64,000 nucleotides of DNA, taken from assembly GCF_009914755.1 (NCBI RefSeq), contig NC_060937.1, one strand, 5' to 3'. The notes under the pieces are model-generated. The model was not told the origin of the DNA. It saw only the letters and a program-made list of their open reading frames with translations, and searched no databases. This document shows positions 40,637 to 57,197 of this stretch, piece by piece; the stretch's first letter is position 1, and every line of letters starts with the position of its first letter. A program made the position numbers and the translations under genes. The stretch comes from the human T2T-CHM13v2.0 reference genome, Homo sapiens.

Positions 40637-42496
40637 AAGATTATTTGCAAGCCTCATGGTAATCTCAAATCAGAAAAAAAAAAAGATATACCTAAAATAG
40701 AAAGCAAGGAAATAAATCATACCATCAGAGTAAATCACCTTCACTAAAAGTAAGACAGGAAAAAAAGAAAAAAGGAAGAAAAGACCACAAAATAAGTGGA
40801 AAGCCACAAAATGACAGGACGAAGTTGTTTTTTTATCAGTAATAACATTGAATGTAAATGGACAGAACTCTTCAATCAAAAAACACAGAGTGGCTGAATG
40901 TATTACATTACAAAAATAAAAAATCTGTTCCCTACAAGAAACACACTTCACCTGTAAACAAACACACAGACTGAAAATAAAGGGAAAAAAGTGCAGGAGT
41001 TGCTATACTTATTTCAGAAACAACATATTTTAAAAGAAAAACAATAGAAAGAGTCAAAAATGCCATTATATAATGATAAAGAGGTTGAATCAGCAGGAGG
41101 ATATAACAATTTTAAAAATATATGCACCAAAAACCAGGCACCCAGATATAGAAAGCAAATATTATTAGAGAAGAAAAGAAAAATAAGTTTAGCTGAGAAC
41201 TTCAACACCCTACTTTCAGCATTGGGCAGTCATACAGAAAATCAACAAAGAAAAATCAGACTTAATCCGCACTATAGATCAAATGGACCTAATAGATATT
41301 TACAGAACATTTCATCTGGTGGGTACAGAATACACATTCTTCTCCTCAGCACATGGATCATTCCCAAGGATAAACCATATAATGTAGGCCACAAAACAAG
41401 TCTTTAAAAATTAAAAAAATTGAAGTTATATCAAGTATCTTCTCTGACTACAATGGAATAAAACTAGAAATCAATAAGAAGAGGCATTTTGGAAACTATA
41501 TGAACACATGGAAATTAAACAACATGCTACTGAATTACCAGTGGATCAATGAATAAATTAAGAATGAAATTGGAATATTTTTGAAACAAATGATAATAGA
41601 AACACAACATGCCAAAACCTATAGAGCAAAAGCAATACTAAGACAACAGTGTTATAGCTATAAGGATCTACATCAAAAAAGAGGAAAAACTTCAAACAAA
41701 TAACCTAAAGAAGCATCTTCCAGAATTAGAAAAGCAAGACCAAATCAAATCCAAAATTATTAGAGGAAAAGAAATAATAAAGATCAGAGAAGAAATAAAT
41801 GGAATTGAAATAAAGAAAACAATACAAAAAATTATTAAAATGAAAAGTTTGTTTTTTGAAAAGATAAAATCAATAAACCTTTAGCCAGACTAACTAAAAG
41901 AAAAAAGGGAGAAGACTCAAAATTTTAAAAATCTGAGATTAAAAAGGAAACATTACAACTGATACCACAGAAATTCAAAGGATCATTAGAGGCTACTAAG
42001 AGCAACTATATGCCAATAAATTGGAAAAACTGAGGAAAATGAATAAATTTATAGACACACACAACCTACCCAGATTAAGCCTTGAAGAAATCCAAAACCT
42101 GAACAGACCAATAACAAGTAACAAGATTGAAGTTGGAATAAAAAGCCTTGCATCAAAGAAAAGTCCGAGACCCAATGGCTTTACTGCAGAATTTTACCTA
42201 AGATTTAAAGAACTAATACTGATCTTACTCGAACTATTCTGAAAAATAGAGGACAGAATACTTCCAAACTAATTCTACAAGGGTAGTATTACCCTGATAC
42301 CAAAACCATACGAAGACACATCAAAAAAATAAAACTACAGGCCAGTATTCCTGATGAATATTGATGAAAAATCCTCAACAAATATTAGCAAACTGAATTC
42401 AATATCACATTAAAAAGATCATTCATCATGACCAAGTGGTATTTATCTCAGGGATGCAAGGAAAGTTCCGCATATACAAACCAATCAGTGTGATGT

Positions 42497-44166
42497 TGTG
42501 TCTGGAATTGGTGGGTTCTTGGTCTCACTGACTTCAAGAATGAAGCTGCGGACCCTCGAGGTGAGTGTTACAGTTCTTAAAGGTGGCGTGTCCAGAGTTT
42601 GCTCCTTCTGATGTTCAGATGTGTTCGGAGTTTCTTCCTTCTGGTGGGTTCGTGGTCTCGCTGGCTCAGGAGTGAAGCTGCAGACCTTTGCAGTGAGTGT
42701 TACAGCTCTTAAGGTGGCGCATCTGAAGTTGTTTGCTCCTCCTGGTGGGCTCATGATCTTGCTGGCTTCGGGAGTGAAGCTGCAGACCTTCGTGGTGAGT
42801 GTTACAGCTCATAAAGGCAGTGTGGACCCAAAGAGTGAGCAGCAGCAAGATTTATTGCAAAGAGAAAAGAACAAAGTTTGCACAGTGTGGAAGGGGACCC
42901 GAGCGGGTTGACACTGCTGGCTTGGACAGCCTGCTTTTATTCTCTTATCCGGCCCCACCCACATCCTGCTGATTGGTAGAGCCGAGTGGTCTGTTTTGAC
43001 AGGGCGCTGATTGATTCGTTTACAATCCCTGAGCTAGACACAAAGGTTCTCCAAGGCCCCACCAGATTAGCTAGATACAGAGTGTAGACCCAAAGGTTCT
43101 CCAAGGCCCCATCAGAGTACCTAGATACAGAGTGTTGATTGGTGCATTCACAAACCCTGAGCTAGACACAGGGTGCTGATTGGTGTATTTACAATCCCTG
43201 AGCTAGACACGATGCTGATTGGTGTGTTTACAAACCTTGAGCTAGATACAGAGTACCAACTGTTGTATTTACAATCCCTGGGCTAGACATAAAGGTTCTC
43301 CAAGGCCCCGCCAGAGTAGCTAGATACAGAGTGTCAATTGGTGCATTCACAAACCCTGAGCTAGACACAGGGTGCTGATTGGTGTGTTTACAAACCTTGA
43401 GCTAGATACAGGGTGCTGATTGGTGTGTTTACAAACCTTGAGCTAGATACAGAGTGCCGATTTGTGTATTTACAATCCCTGAGCTAGACATAAAGATTTT
43501 CCACGTCCCCACCAGACTCAGGAGCCCAGCTGGCTTCACCCAGTGGATCCCGCACCGGGGCTGCAGATGGAGCTGCCTGCCAGTCCTGCGCCGTGCACCC
43601 GCACTCCTCAGCCCTTGGGTGGTTGATGGGACTGGGCGCCATGGAGCAGGGGGTGGCGCTCCTCGAGGAGGCTCCAGCTGCACAGGAGCCCGGGGAGGGG
43701 GTGAGAGGCTCAGGCATGGCGGGCTGCAGGTCCCGAGCCCTGCCCCACGGGAAGGCAGCTAAGGCCAGGAGAGGAATTGAGCACAGCACCAGTGGGCTGG
43801 CACTGCTGGGGGACCCAGTACACCCTCCACAGCCGCTGGCCCGGGTGCTAAGCCCCTCATTGCCCAGGGCCAGCAGGGCAGGCTGGCTGCTCCGAGTGCA
43901 GGGCCCGCCAAGCCCACGCCCACCCGGAACTCCAGCTGGCCTGCAAGCGCCCTGCGCAGCCCCAATTCCCGCTGGCACCTCTCCCTCCACGCCTCCCTGC
44001 AAGCTGAGGGAGCGGGCTCCGGCCTTGGTCAGCCCAGAAAGGGGCTCCCACAGTGCCGTGGTGGGCTGAAGGGCTCCTCAAGTGCCGCCAAAGTGGGAGC
44101 CCAGGCAGAGGAGGCGCCGAGAGCGAGCGAGGGCTGTGAGGACTGCCAGCATGCTGTCACCTCTCA
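42497..44166 (-). mobile_element. Solo ERV9 LTR12C (1670 bp) inserted into the L1MA ORF2
   Basis: Canonical termini tgtgtctggaattggtggg and gctgtcacctctca. L1 sequence resumes seamlessly across it (gtgtgat / acatcatatcaacagaat). TSD is imperfect (atgt vs atac). Confidence 0.96.
42851..43500 (-). promoter_or_regulatory. LTR12C promoter and CCAAT/GATA tandem enhancer array
   Basis: About 7 intact ATTGG in ~41-bp gagctaga(c/t)aca...gctgattgg units and several tagatac (GATA) motifs. TATA-like ttttatt at 42935-42941. Confidence 0.75.
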
Positions 44167-46754
44167 ATACATCATATCAACAGAATGCAGGACAAAAGCC
44201 ATATAATCATTTCAACTGATGTGTAAAAAGCATTTGAGAAAATTCAACATCTCTTCATGATAGAAATCCTCAAATAGCTGGGTATAGAAGGAACATATCT
44301 CAATACAATGAAAGCAATTTATAACAGACTCACAGTTAGTGTTATACTGAAAGAAAAAAAATCTGAAAGTCTTTCCTTTAATATATGAAATATGTCAAGG
44401 ATGCCCACTTTCACCACTGTTATTCAGTATAGTACCATAAATCCTAGCTAGATCAATCAGAAAAGAGAAAGAAATAACAGGCATCCAAGGAAAGGAAGAA
44501 GTCAAATTATCCTTGTTTGTGGGTGATGCACTCTGATGTTTGGACAAGTCTAAAGACTTCACCAAAAAACTATTAAAACTGATAAACAAGTTCAGTAAAG
44601 TTGCAGCATACAAAATCAACATTCAAAGGTCAGTAGCATTTCTACATGCCAACAGCAAACAATCTGAGAAAGAAATCAAGAAAGTTTCCCGTTTAAATAG
44701 CTGAAAATAAAATAAAATACCTAGGGATTAATTTATTTAAATAAGTGAAAGACATCTACAATAAAAAACTATAAAACATTGATTTAAAAAGTTGAAGAGG
44801 ACACAAAAAATTTGAAAGTTATTTCACGTTCGTGGTTTAGAAGAATCAATATTGTTAAAATGTCCATACTGCCTAAGGCAATCTACAGATTCAATGTAAT
44901 TTCTATCAACATACCAATGACATTATTCAGAGAAATAGAAAAAAAATACTAAAACTTATATTAAACCGCAATAGACCCAGAATAGCCAAAGCTATCCTGA
45001 GCATAAAGAACAAAACTGGAAGCATCACGTTACTTGACTTCAAATTATGCTACACAGCTATAGTAACCAAAACAGCATCATGTTGGCATAAAAAATAGAC
45101 ACGCTGACCAATAGAACAGAACAGACGAACCAGAAACTAACTCCATACATCTACAGTGAACACATTTTTGACAAAAGTGTCAAGAACATACATAGGGAAA
45201 AGATAGTGTCTTCAATTGATGGTGCTGGGATAACTGGATATCTGTATGCAGAAAAATGAAACTAGACCCCTATCTCTTGCCATACACAAAAATCAAATCA
45301 AAATGGATAAAAGACTTAAATGTAGAACCTCAAATGATAAACTACTGAAAGAAAATATTGGGAAAAATCTCCAGTACAATAAACTAAGCAAAGATTTCTT
45401 GAGTAATGTCCAGCAAACACAGGCAACCAAAGCAAGAATGGACAAAAGAGCCACATTAAATTAAAAAACTTATCCACAGCAAAGGAAACAACCAAGTGAA
45501 GAGACAACCCCTTGAATCAGAGGAAATATTTACAAGCTCACCATCTTACAAGGGATTATAAACAGAATATATAAGGAGCTCAAACAACTCTATCGGGAAA
45601 AAATCTAATAATCTAATTAAAATGGGCAAAAGATCTGTATGGACATTTCTCAAAAAAATGTAGAAATGGAAAACAGGTATACAAAAACATGCTCAATATT
45701 ACTGATCATCAGAGAAATGCAAATCAAATATATAATGCGATATCATCTCACGCTAGCAAAAATGGCTTTTGTGCAAAAGACAGGCAATAAGGAATGCTAG
45801 TGAAGATGTAGAGAACCGTCAGACACTATTGGTGGGAGTGTAAATTAGTACAACCACTACGGAGAACAGTTTGGAGGTTCCTTAAAAAACTAAAAATAGA
45901 GCAACCATATGATCCAGCAATCCCACTGCTAGATATGTACTCACAGGAAAGAAAATCAGTATATTGAAAAAATATATACCCTCGCATGTTTATTGCAGCA
46001 CTGTTCACAATAATTAAGACTTGGAAGCAACCCGTGTCCATTAACAGATGAATGGATAAAGAAAATGTGGTACATATGCACAGTAAAGCACTATTTAGCT
46101 ATAAATAAAAGAATGAGATCCTGTCATTTGCAACAACATGGATGGAGATGGAAGTCATTATGGTAAGTGAAATAAGCCAGTCACAGAAAGACAAATTTTG
46201 CATTTTCTCACTTATTTTTGGGAGCTAAAAATTGAAACAGTTAAACTCATTGAGACAGAGAGGAAGAATGGCCACCAGAGCCTGGGAAGGGTGGCCAACG
46301 GGGTGAGGGGATGGAGGGCAGAGATGGAATGGTTAATGTGTACAAAAATAGAGTTTAAAAAATGAATAAGATCTAGTTCTTGATAGCACAACAGAGTGAC
46401 TACAGTGAACAATAATTTATTGTACTTTTTAAATAACGAAAACAGTATAATTGAATTGTTTGTAACACAAAGGAAGGATAAATGCTTGAGGTGATGGATA
46501 CCCCAATTACCCGGATATGATTATTGCACATTGTATGCCTGTGTCAAAATATCTCATGTGCCTCATAAATATAAACATGTTCTGTATACCCATAAAAATT
46601 AAAAATTAAACATTTCAGAAAAATAAAAAATGTAACAATTTTTTTAATTTTATATATATACAATTTATCAACTAAAAGTTTTAAAAGTAAAATGATATGT
46701 TTTGATAAAAATTATTTTGTCAATTAGTAATATAAACATGTTCTTCACACTATA

Positions 46755-47136
46755 AAATTAAATTAAATGTAGCCTACAGCTGCCTTTATTCTTTGAACTC
46801 CTACATAGTATACTTCAACCTAGCTTCGTATATAAACAAACTGCAACCTAACTAAAAGTTTGTTTGTAAACAGTGAAGTTACAGCCAATCACAGGAGTCA
46901 GACTTCAGCCAATCATAGGTTGCTAATTGATCAGACCATGCTCATAAAAGGCAAATGCTGAGCTGTAATCAATCATACTGCTTCTGTATGTCATTTCCTA
47001 TTTCTCTCTATTAATACTACCTGCCCACTCTTGCTGGATGGAGCTGTCCTGGTTCAGGATGCTGCTTCATTCATGAATTGTTCTTTGCTCAGATAAACTC
47101 TGCTGAATTTAATTTGTCTAAAGGTTTTCTTTTAAG
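46755..47136 (+). mobile_element. ERV1 MER57-like solo LTR
   Basis: aaattaaatgtagcctacagctgcct...aactgcaacctaac...agccaatca x2...aaggcaaatgctgagctgtaa...tttgtctaaaggttttctttta. Confidence 0.7.
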
Positions 47137-47746
47137 AAAGCTAAATGAGAACTTCTTTTAAACTATGATGAGTGTCTTTTTGTCTGCAGCAGTAAAAATT
47201 CTACTGTCTTGAAATAAATTCATGGAGAGTTACAGTCTGGATAAGCATATCTTCCTAGTTTTGGACTTCAGCATTGCTAGAGAAGCTTAGATTAGAAGTG
47301 TTTCTCTAGATGCCTGAGAGCATGGAGTGGGAGGATTGAAGTGTTCATGCATTATGCTGGTTTAACATGAAGGTTTTTTAACCCTCCACTTATGAAACTG
47401 TGTATCAATAATTGAAATTTAATAAAACATAAAAGGGTTAGGCCAATTATGAGATTTTGAGTCTATAAAAGGTCAAATAAATGCAGTGGATAAGGTTAAG
47501 CAAGTAAATAAACAACTGCTTCTCACTCAAGGATTAAGCTTCTCATTATGCAAAGTGTACGGTAGGATACTGGGAACAACTGTAGAGGCACAGAATGGTC
47601 TCCCTTCCCTTAGAAAGTTTTAAAAGTGTTGAGGGAGACATTACCTGTATTTATAAAGCATCAAAATTCAAAACAGTGGGCATAGCAAACATGTATTTAA
47701 AAGGCATATAAATAGATTTCTGCATATAGACAACTAAACAATGTAG

Positions 47747-48133
<387 letters not shown>

Positions 48134-48447
48134 TAATTCTAAACTATCACTTTAAATTTGTGTGTGTGTGTGTGTGTGGGTGGGGGGGTGTATTAAAAAA
48201 AGTTTTCTCCCTAATTTTTAACACACTCTATTATTTTTTACTAATATACTTCATTTTCCTCAATTTGTTTTCCTTTCAATTACTAAGGCTTGTCTGGTTT
48301 TCTAGTGCCTAAAGCAAAAATGAGTAGATGATTATCTTATTTGAAACACTTCAACAATTACAAGGTAACTAATGGCATGAAATAGTTAATTAATTGTGTT
48401 CTCTGATGTGCCTTGTTTTTCCTAAAGTGTTGTTTTGTCTTTAATTA

Positions 48448-48808
48448 CAGTCGTGCATTGATTAACAACAGGGATAAGTTCTGAGAAATGTGTTGTTAGG
48501 CAATTTCATTGTGAAAACATCATAGTGTGTACTTAAACAAACCTAGGTGGTATAGCCTTCTACATACGTAGGCTACATGGTATAGTTTATTGCTCCTAGA
48601 CTGTAAACCTTTGAGCATGTTACTTTACTGAATACTGTAGGCTATTCTAACACATGGTAAGTGTTTGTATATCTAAACAAATCTAAACATAGACGATACA
48701 GTAAAAACATAGTGTTATGATCTTAACAACTGCCATTTGTATATGTGGTCTGTTGTTGACCAAATTCTTCCATTGTTGACCAAAACATTGTTATTTGGCA
48801 CCTGACTG
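48448..48808. mobile_element. Tigger3a (MER7-type) non-autonomous DNA transposon
   Basis: ta|cagtcgtgc...gttctgagaaatgtgttgttaggc...cacctgactg|ta, with TIRs and a TA TSD. Confidence 0.85.
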
Positions 48809-49714
48809 TATTTCTCACTGTGGGATTTCATTCATTTACGAAACAATTTGAGAAGACTCACACTTTAAATTTTTTTAAGCAGACAAGTATTAGAGGCAAA
48901 ATAATAATACAAGAAAAGTCATGAATAAGCCTAGAAGGAATAATGTAGACAATCAAGAAAGAAGACTTTTCAAAACCTATCATATCATGAAATCTTTTTA
49001 AAACCTATCATGTGAAAATTGTATACAGAATTTCCTTCAATTGTATTCACAAATGTGGCCAGACAGAATATAAGCACTGAAATAGAAAAGAATAGGGAAA
49101 ATAGAAGATATTATATTAATCTCTCTTTCTGTATTCAGTACTATAAGATTTGATTTATCATGTGGTTCAGTTTCGAACAACTTCTAAATGTAGAGAACAG
49201 GTTAAAAAATAGCATTTTACTGGAGCATCACATGTGGTTTTAATGCTTTCCTTTGCAGCTTTCAGTGAAAAGTAAATTCTGTTGAAAAACATGAAGAGAG
49301 CTACTCTTTGGAAAACAAATGTTTTTGAAAGACATACCACCTTTTTCAATAATGTTATTATATTTCACCCCTAAAATTAGGGATAGAACAGGTGTTACAA
49401 CAACAATAGATCTGTAATGTGTTCTTTTTCCTTTGCAGCCAAGTCTTTAGTTTTGTTTCACATGCCTAGAATCAGAGAGGCAACACTGGGCAAGAACACC
49501 AATTGTCTTTTGCATTTAATGTGAATTTAAAAGGGAGTTAAGAAAGTCAGTCTCCTTAGAGTTACATGTAATTTTAAACTAAAATAATTTTACTCACTTC
49601 TACCACCTTGTTAATAAACATGTTGGAATCCAATTAATTTTCAATTTCTTCAACATTTTAAATGTTTATTTGGAAGGTAAAATAGTATTTTATTAATCAT
49701 GAGGATTCATTTTA

Positions 49715-49872
49715 TTTTGGAGCCAGACTGCTCATCTTCAAATCCTACCTATGCTATCTTATATTCTGTGAGCTTAGGCAATTTTCCTAAGTATCTGTGA
49801 CTCAACTTTGCGATTTAAAAATGAAGATTGTGATGATAAGAACTATCTTACAATTTCTTGTATGACGGTTAA

Positions 49873-49910
<38 letters not shown>

Positions 49911-49975
49911 GAAAGAGAGAAAAAGGAAAGGGAGAGAATTTACAGGAATGCTGACACAGTAAGCCATAATCAAAT
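49715..49975 (+). mobile_element. MIR remnant containing a (TG)16 microsatellite (~49874-49905)
   Basis: ttttggagccagactg...ttcaaatcct...ctgtgagcttaggcaa...gctgacacagtaagc. Confidence 0.7.
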
Positions 49976-50265
49976 ATTATGTGTATTGAAACTCTGTTTT
50001 AAGGCACAGTCTTCATTATTGTGAATTAAGTATAGCATAATTGTCATTGGCTACCATTTTCCAAAAAGTCTTATTCCCATATTATTACAAAATAAATAAG
50101 ATTACTAACTTCTAATAGCATAATTCCTCATTCTATAAATTTGAGGTTTTGTTCTTCACTCCTATCAATATATTACATTATTATATTTATATGGATATAC
50201 ATAAACATGTACTATTTGTTTTACAAAAATAAAATACTTTTTGAAATTAGCCTATATCTTGAATT

Positions 50266-50832
50266 TTTTTTTCTATTGTTAGATAACAAATTACCACAAA
50301 TTTAGTGGCTTAAAGCAACACTTATCTATTATCACACAAGGTCTGTGGGTCAAGAAGCCTACACACATCTTAGCTGTTTTCATCTAGGTCCTTTGATCCT
50401 TGGTGCTGATGGTGGTTTGAGTCTTACCTGATACTTAGGGTCCTTAAAAGCTCTGGTGATTGTTAGCAGAATTCGTTCCTTGCAGCTGTGGAACTCGTAG
50501 TGGCTTTTTTAAAGACCTTCAGGATAGTGTGTGATTTCTTTCTTTAATCCTTGGACGTTCTTTTAATGGCTTCACCTGATTAAGTTAGGCTCACCAAGGA
50601 TAGTCGTCCTTTTGATTAACTTAAAGTCAACTAATCAAGAGCCTTAATTACATCTGCAAAATACCTTTACCTTTGCCACACAATTTAACATAATCATGAC
50701 AGTTATAGCTCATCACCTTTGCCATATTCCATTCATCAAAATTAATTTAAAAGCTCTTCCCATACTCAAAGGAGAGGGGATTATACAAAGTCATGGATCA
50801 CTGGAAGTCATCTTAGAATTCTGCCTACCACA
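50266..50832 (-). mobile_element. MaLR MLT1 (F/G/H-like) solo LTR
   Basis: taacaaattaccacaaatttagtggcttaaagcaaca...ttaattacatctgcaaaat...cttagaattctgcctaccaca terminus. Confidence 0.8.
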
Positions 50833-52099
50833 GCTTTTCTGCTATCTGGATTAGTATACCCGAACTTCTTATATTGTTTCACTGGTTATTTGAGTTTGTC
50901 ACTCTGTATGACTTTTTTTTCTTATTTTGATTTTGTTTTTTGCATACCCACCATTGTGAAATATCAGGTTAGTCTCAGTTATGTGCACTTTATGTGTGGT
51001 TGTCAAGGAGTAAAATGTGTTCAATTGCAAGTAAATTCACAACACATTGAGTTGTGATAATTTTATACTAGATAATTTTAACACGCACTTTAAATATTTG
51101 GTGCTTCTTGCCTAAATTTTTGGTAAGCAGTGAATTCAGTTGTTGGACATTAGTGCTTCACCTTAGAGGCAAACATTTGTCAGCATCATCTGAAGCTTCT
51201 TGACCAGTTTAATTGGAGAGTATACTCTGCTTTCAATGAGAACTAATAAAAATACTATTTGAAACTGCTTAACTGTATGAAACTTGAATTTCTAAAAACT
51301 CTGCCATCCAAACAAGATACAGAAATAGATGCTGAGGCTGAAATATCAGCAACAATCATCCACAAACCATATATTGCAAATCTTGTGGTTATTATTCTTT
51401 AGTTATATTATTCTTACTCATTTCAAGGATTAAAAATGTAATCTTATACAATAAATATATGGTTAAAATATTCTGCTTTTATTTACAACAAGTGTGATGA
51501 TTGAGGTTGGTGTTTTGAGTGAGATTTTGCTTGATTAAAGGGTCTATTGCTTTAAAAAGTTTGGAAGCCACAAAAGTTTGAATAATAATCTTGGAAAGGC
51601 TTGATCTACAGTTAGTAAGTGAATTTAGAAAATTTAGAAGCCTCATCAAGTAATAGTTAACTTCAACTATTTATTTGAAGGGACTTATAGAGCTATTTTA
51701 CAGTTTTACCATACTTACCCAATCTGATAATGGGACTGCTAACATCACCTCTTCCAGCTCTTAGTTAGTTGTGATCAGTTAAGACCCCATTCATTCCCCC
51801 CTACAATGAAATATAATAACCCTTCTATGTGGCTAAGTTATATATGTGAATAAATACGCTTCTACCACCAAGATCCAATGATATGCATTTCATCAGATCA
51901 TGTTGGCTATTTCCATCATAAACTGTAATTTTAGTTAACTGCAGGCTACAGATGGTCCATGATATTGTTTTCTAAATAGAGTAGATACCTTAGTAGATTG
52001 TACCTAAGTGACAAAGATTCCTCTCTTGGAATTTAGGCCAGGAAAATACCTAAATCTAAACATCCTAAAGTGTTTTGCTTCTTAAGGTTTTTTTGATTT

Positions 52100-53350
52100 C
52101 TAATCTTATTGAAGTATAAAGAGTGCCAACCTCACACACTTAGAGTACAATTTAATCAGTCTTAACATATGTACATACCACAATCAAGATAGTGAACATT
52201 TCCATCAGCGGCAAAAATTTCCTTTACCCTTCATAAATCTCCTCTCCCTCCACTACCTTCCCCAGAGAATAATTGATGTACCTTCTTTTATTACAGATTA
52301 ATTAACATTTCTAGACATTTATATAAATGAATCATATAGTATGTGCTCTTTTTGTCTGGCTTCTTTCACTCAGCTACTGATTTTAAAATTCATTCATGTT
52401 GTGGAGAACATCAATAATTCATTCCTCTTTATTGTGTAGTAGCATTTCACTGTATGAATGTAAAATATATCTTGATGTATATTTTGGTAGAATACTGTAG
52501 GGATATTTTATGTAAATATCATAAATCTACCTGCTGATTTTATAATGGTTACATGGTATTAAATAGCATAATGATACTATTTAATCATTTAATGCTGCAA
52601 CAAACCCATTTGTACATGCAATTTTTTGTGCATGTGGATATTTCTGTAGGAGAGATGTCAAGAAGTGGAAAAGCTGCCTCAAATGATATGCCCAATTAAA
52701 TGTAGGTAGATATTGTATTATGACCTCAAAAATTGCAACAATGTACACTGTAACCAATTTTATATGACATCATATTTCCTACATCCCCTCTAAAACTAGT
52801 TTTATCAATAATTTTAATATTTGCTAGTCTGATAATCATATTTTATTTAAAATTCTAATTATGTATTTACTAGTGAATTTGTATGACTTTATACTATACA
52901 TGACACTTGTACAATTATTTTTAAAATTGAATCTTCATATTTTTATCAATTTTTGACATATTAGATTATTGTCTTATTTTTATTGATTATTAGAAACTGT
53001 ATTTTATATTCTTAGACACATCTTTCACTTCTGTTAGGAATCTTCCTTGATTTACATCTGGTATTTAAACATTGTTTACTATGCTATGTTTCTTGCAGAA
53101 ATCGAATATTATACTATAATCTAGGATTCTGAGATTTATCTTGATGAAAAAATAAATACTATCAATTATGTTTTACTTAAAACATCATTTATTAAAACTT
53201 TTATAAATATTGTTTTATTTAGTTCATTATGGTAAGGGAGAATTTAAGTCTTTCTGTTTTATATGAACAACTGAAATGTTAAATACCATCTACTGTTTGC
53301 CCTTTCATCAATCATCCGAATAACCAACTTATCACATTTAGAGGTCTTCA
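52100..53350 (-). mobile_element. Old L1MB/MC/ME 3' fragments
   Basis: ccacaatcaagatagtgaacatttccatca...atataaatgaatcatatagtatgtgctctttttgtctggcttctttcactcagc. Confidence 0.7.
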
Positions 53351-53419
53351 GTGTTTCTGCATCTTATTTTAGCATTAGAGTCCTTAAAGTTACGAAGTGG
53401 CTTAAATATTTGGAAAGAA

Positions 53420-55380
<1,961 letters not shown>

Positions 55381-56809
55381 GTTTTATTTTTTAAAGGTGT
55401 TATGTCTTTGTTGAAATGGTCTTTTCATTAACGTTCTTTATGCATTTGTTTATTTTTTGGACATATTAATCACAGATATTTTGGAGTCTTTTTCTGCTAC
55501 TTGTAATATTTTGAGTTTACCTGTGTATCTTTTTTCTATTTTTGACTTTTCTTTCTCTTGATTATTGGTTACATGACCCCATAAAATTAAATATCTATTA
55601 CATTTTTAAATAAATGATAGATATTGTGATTAAAATATCATAAAGACTCTGGTGATAGTACCTTCCTTGGGAAGATCCACCTTTTTCTTTATTAAGTAGG
55701 TAGAATGAGGGACTGTTCCCCTGATTCCAGTCAGGATGAGTAATTCAATCAGGAAGCAGCTTAAGGATGAATTTAAGCTTTGATAAGACTTAGTTGACTT
55801 CTGGGTCTCTCCTGCTAGGGCTCAGCTTTTCATAGTTTACAAAAGAGAACTGGCATTTCCTTAGCCCAGGCACTCTAAACATTTCCACCCTTCTTTTAGC
55901 CTTTTCTTAAACTTGACTCTTTAGCATTCTGCCCAGAGCAGCTCCAGTTATTTCCAAATGTCTTGTGGAGCAGACTGGCTATTGAGTAACTATCTAAACC
56001 ACTCCTGGTTTTTCTTTGTTCCAGTTTTGCCTTGTGCTTGAGACACACCCAGACCTTTAGCCTCCAGCCTGCAGAAATTGGTAGATTTCTTCTGTGAAAA
56101 GCCAGGAGCAAATTTTCAGCTCAATTCTGCAAGTTTCAATCTGCACTGGAATTTTAATCCATCATCTTCTATTTTTATATAACTTTCTTATGTCTTCAAA
56201 AATGTGACTTTTATGATTATTTTGTTTTTCTACCTATTTTCAGTGGGAACATTGGGTTGCCATAGAGTACTCAGTTATACCTAGAAGTGAAATATTTATT
56301 TTAAAAATATGTACATGCATATTTTCCTGATTAGTGACAATGTTGAGTACATGTTGAAAGATTATTTGGTTATCTTCTTCAGTGAAATGCTTCTTAAAGT
56401 CTTTTCTACTGTGCTGCCATCTTTTTTTATTGATTTCCGTTAGTTCATTATAGAATCTCTCATTCTATGGCATTTTATAAATAGGTGTTCTAATTTTAAT
56501 GTCATCAAATTATTTAACTTTTAATATTAAAGTTGTGTCCTGTTCAATAAATATTTGCCTAACACAAAATTATTAGATATCCTCTTGTTTTCTTGTAAAA
56601 GATGTATTCTTTTCTGTTTCATATTTATATCTGCAATCTATTTGGAATTAGTTTTGGTATGTAGTGTGAAGTAGGGATTAAAATTTATTTTGTTCCATGT
56701 ACACCTTTGTGTTTATAATATCTTTCACATGAGAAGATTCATAAGTTGAAATAAAAACTAGTCAGAAATATTTGAATAAGAATAGACTAGGAATTTTACT
56801 ATTTAATTT

Positions 56810-57087
56810 TATTCATTATTATTATTATAAGAAACAGAGTCTCACTCTGTTGTTGCCCAGGCTGAGTGCAATGGTGCAATCATAGCTCACTGCAGCCTGG
56901 AGCTTCTGAGCACACACTCCTGGGCTGCCTGCCTCAGCCTCCCAAGTAGCTGGGACTATAGGCGCATGTCACCACTGTGGTCTCACTGCATTGCCCAGGC
57001 TGGTTTTCAACTCCTGGCCTCAAAGGATCCTCCAACCTCAGCTTCTCAAAGTGCTGGGATTACAGGCATGAGCCACTGCACCTAACT
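56810..57087 (-). mobile_element. AluJ, degenerate with an internal deletion
   Basis: caatcatagctcactgcagcct; gtctcactgcattgcccaggctgg; (ATT)n tail. Confidence 0.85.
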
Positions 57088-57197
57088 AACATTTACGTTT
57101 TAAAATATAATTATTGAACCTAAAATGCAGTCAATAATTTTAAAAGCTCTAGAGAGAAATCACAATGGAAGCTAGATCTTAAGAAATTGCGTGAATT

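Larger units (their letters stand above)
33093..46630 (+). mobile_element. Near full-length old L1 (L1MA2/L1MA3-like) interrupted by THE1, L1PA7 and LTR12C
   Basis: L1M1-type 5' end gaggcagagcaagatgg...aatagaagc; ~2-kb 5'UTR with three subrepeats; ORF1 remnants; ORF2 remnants at ~40800-42496 and 44167-~46000; L1MA3-like 3'UTR (gaataagatctag...gatagcacaacag; ataaatgcttgaggtgatggatacccc) and an A-rich tail. Confidence 0.9.

Noticed and set aside
48968-49020. Short imperfect duplication aaaacctatcat x2 (and tgttgaccaaa x2 at ~48754-48784)
   Set aside because: Ordinary local slippage duplications with no further structure.
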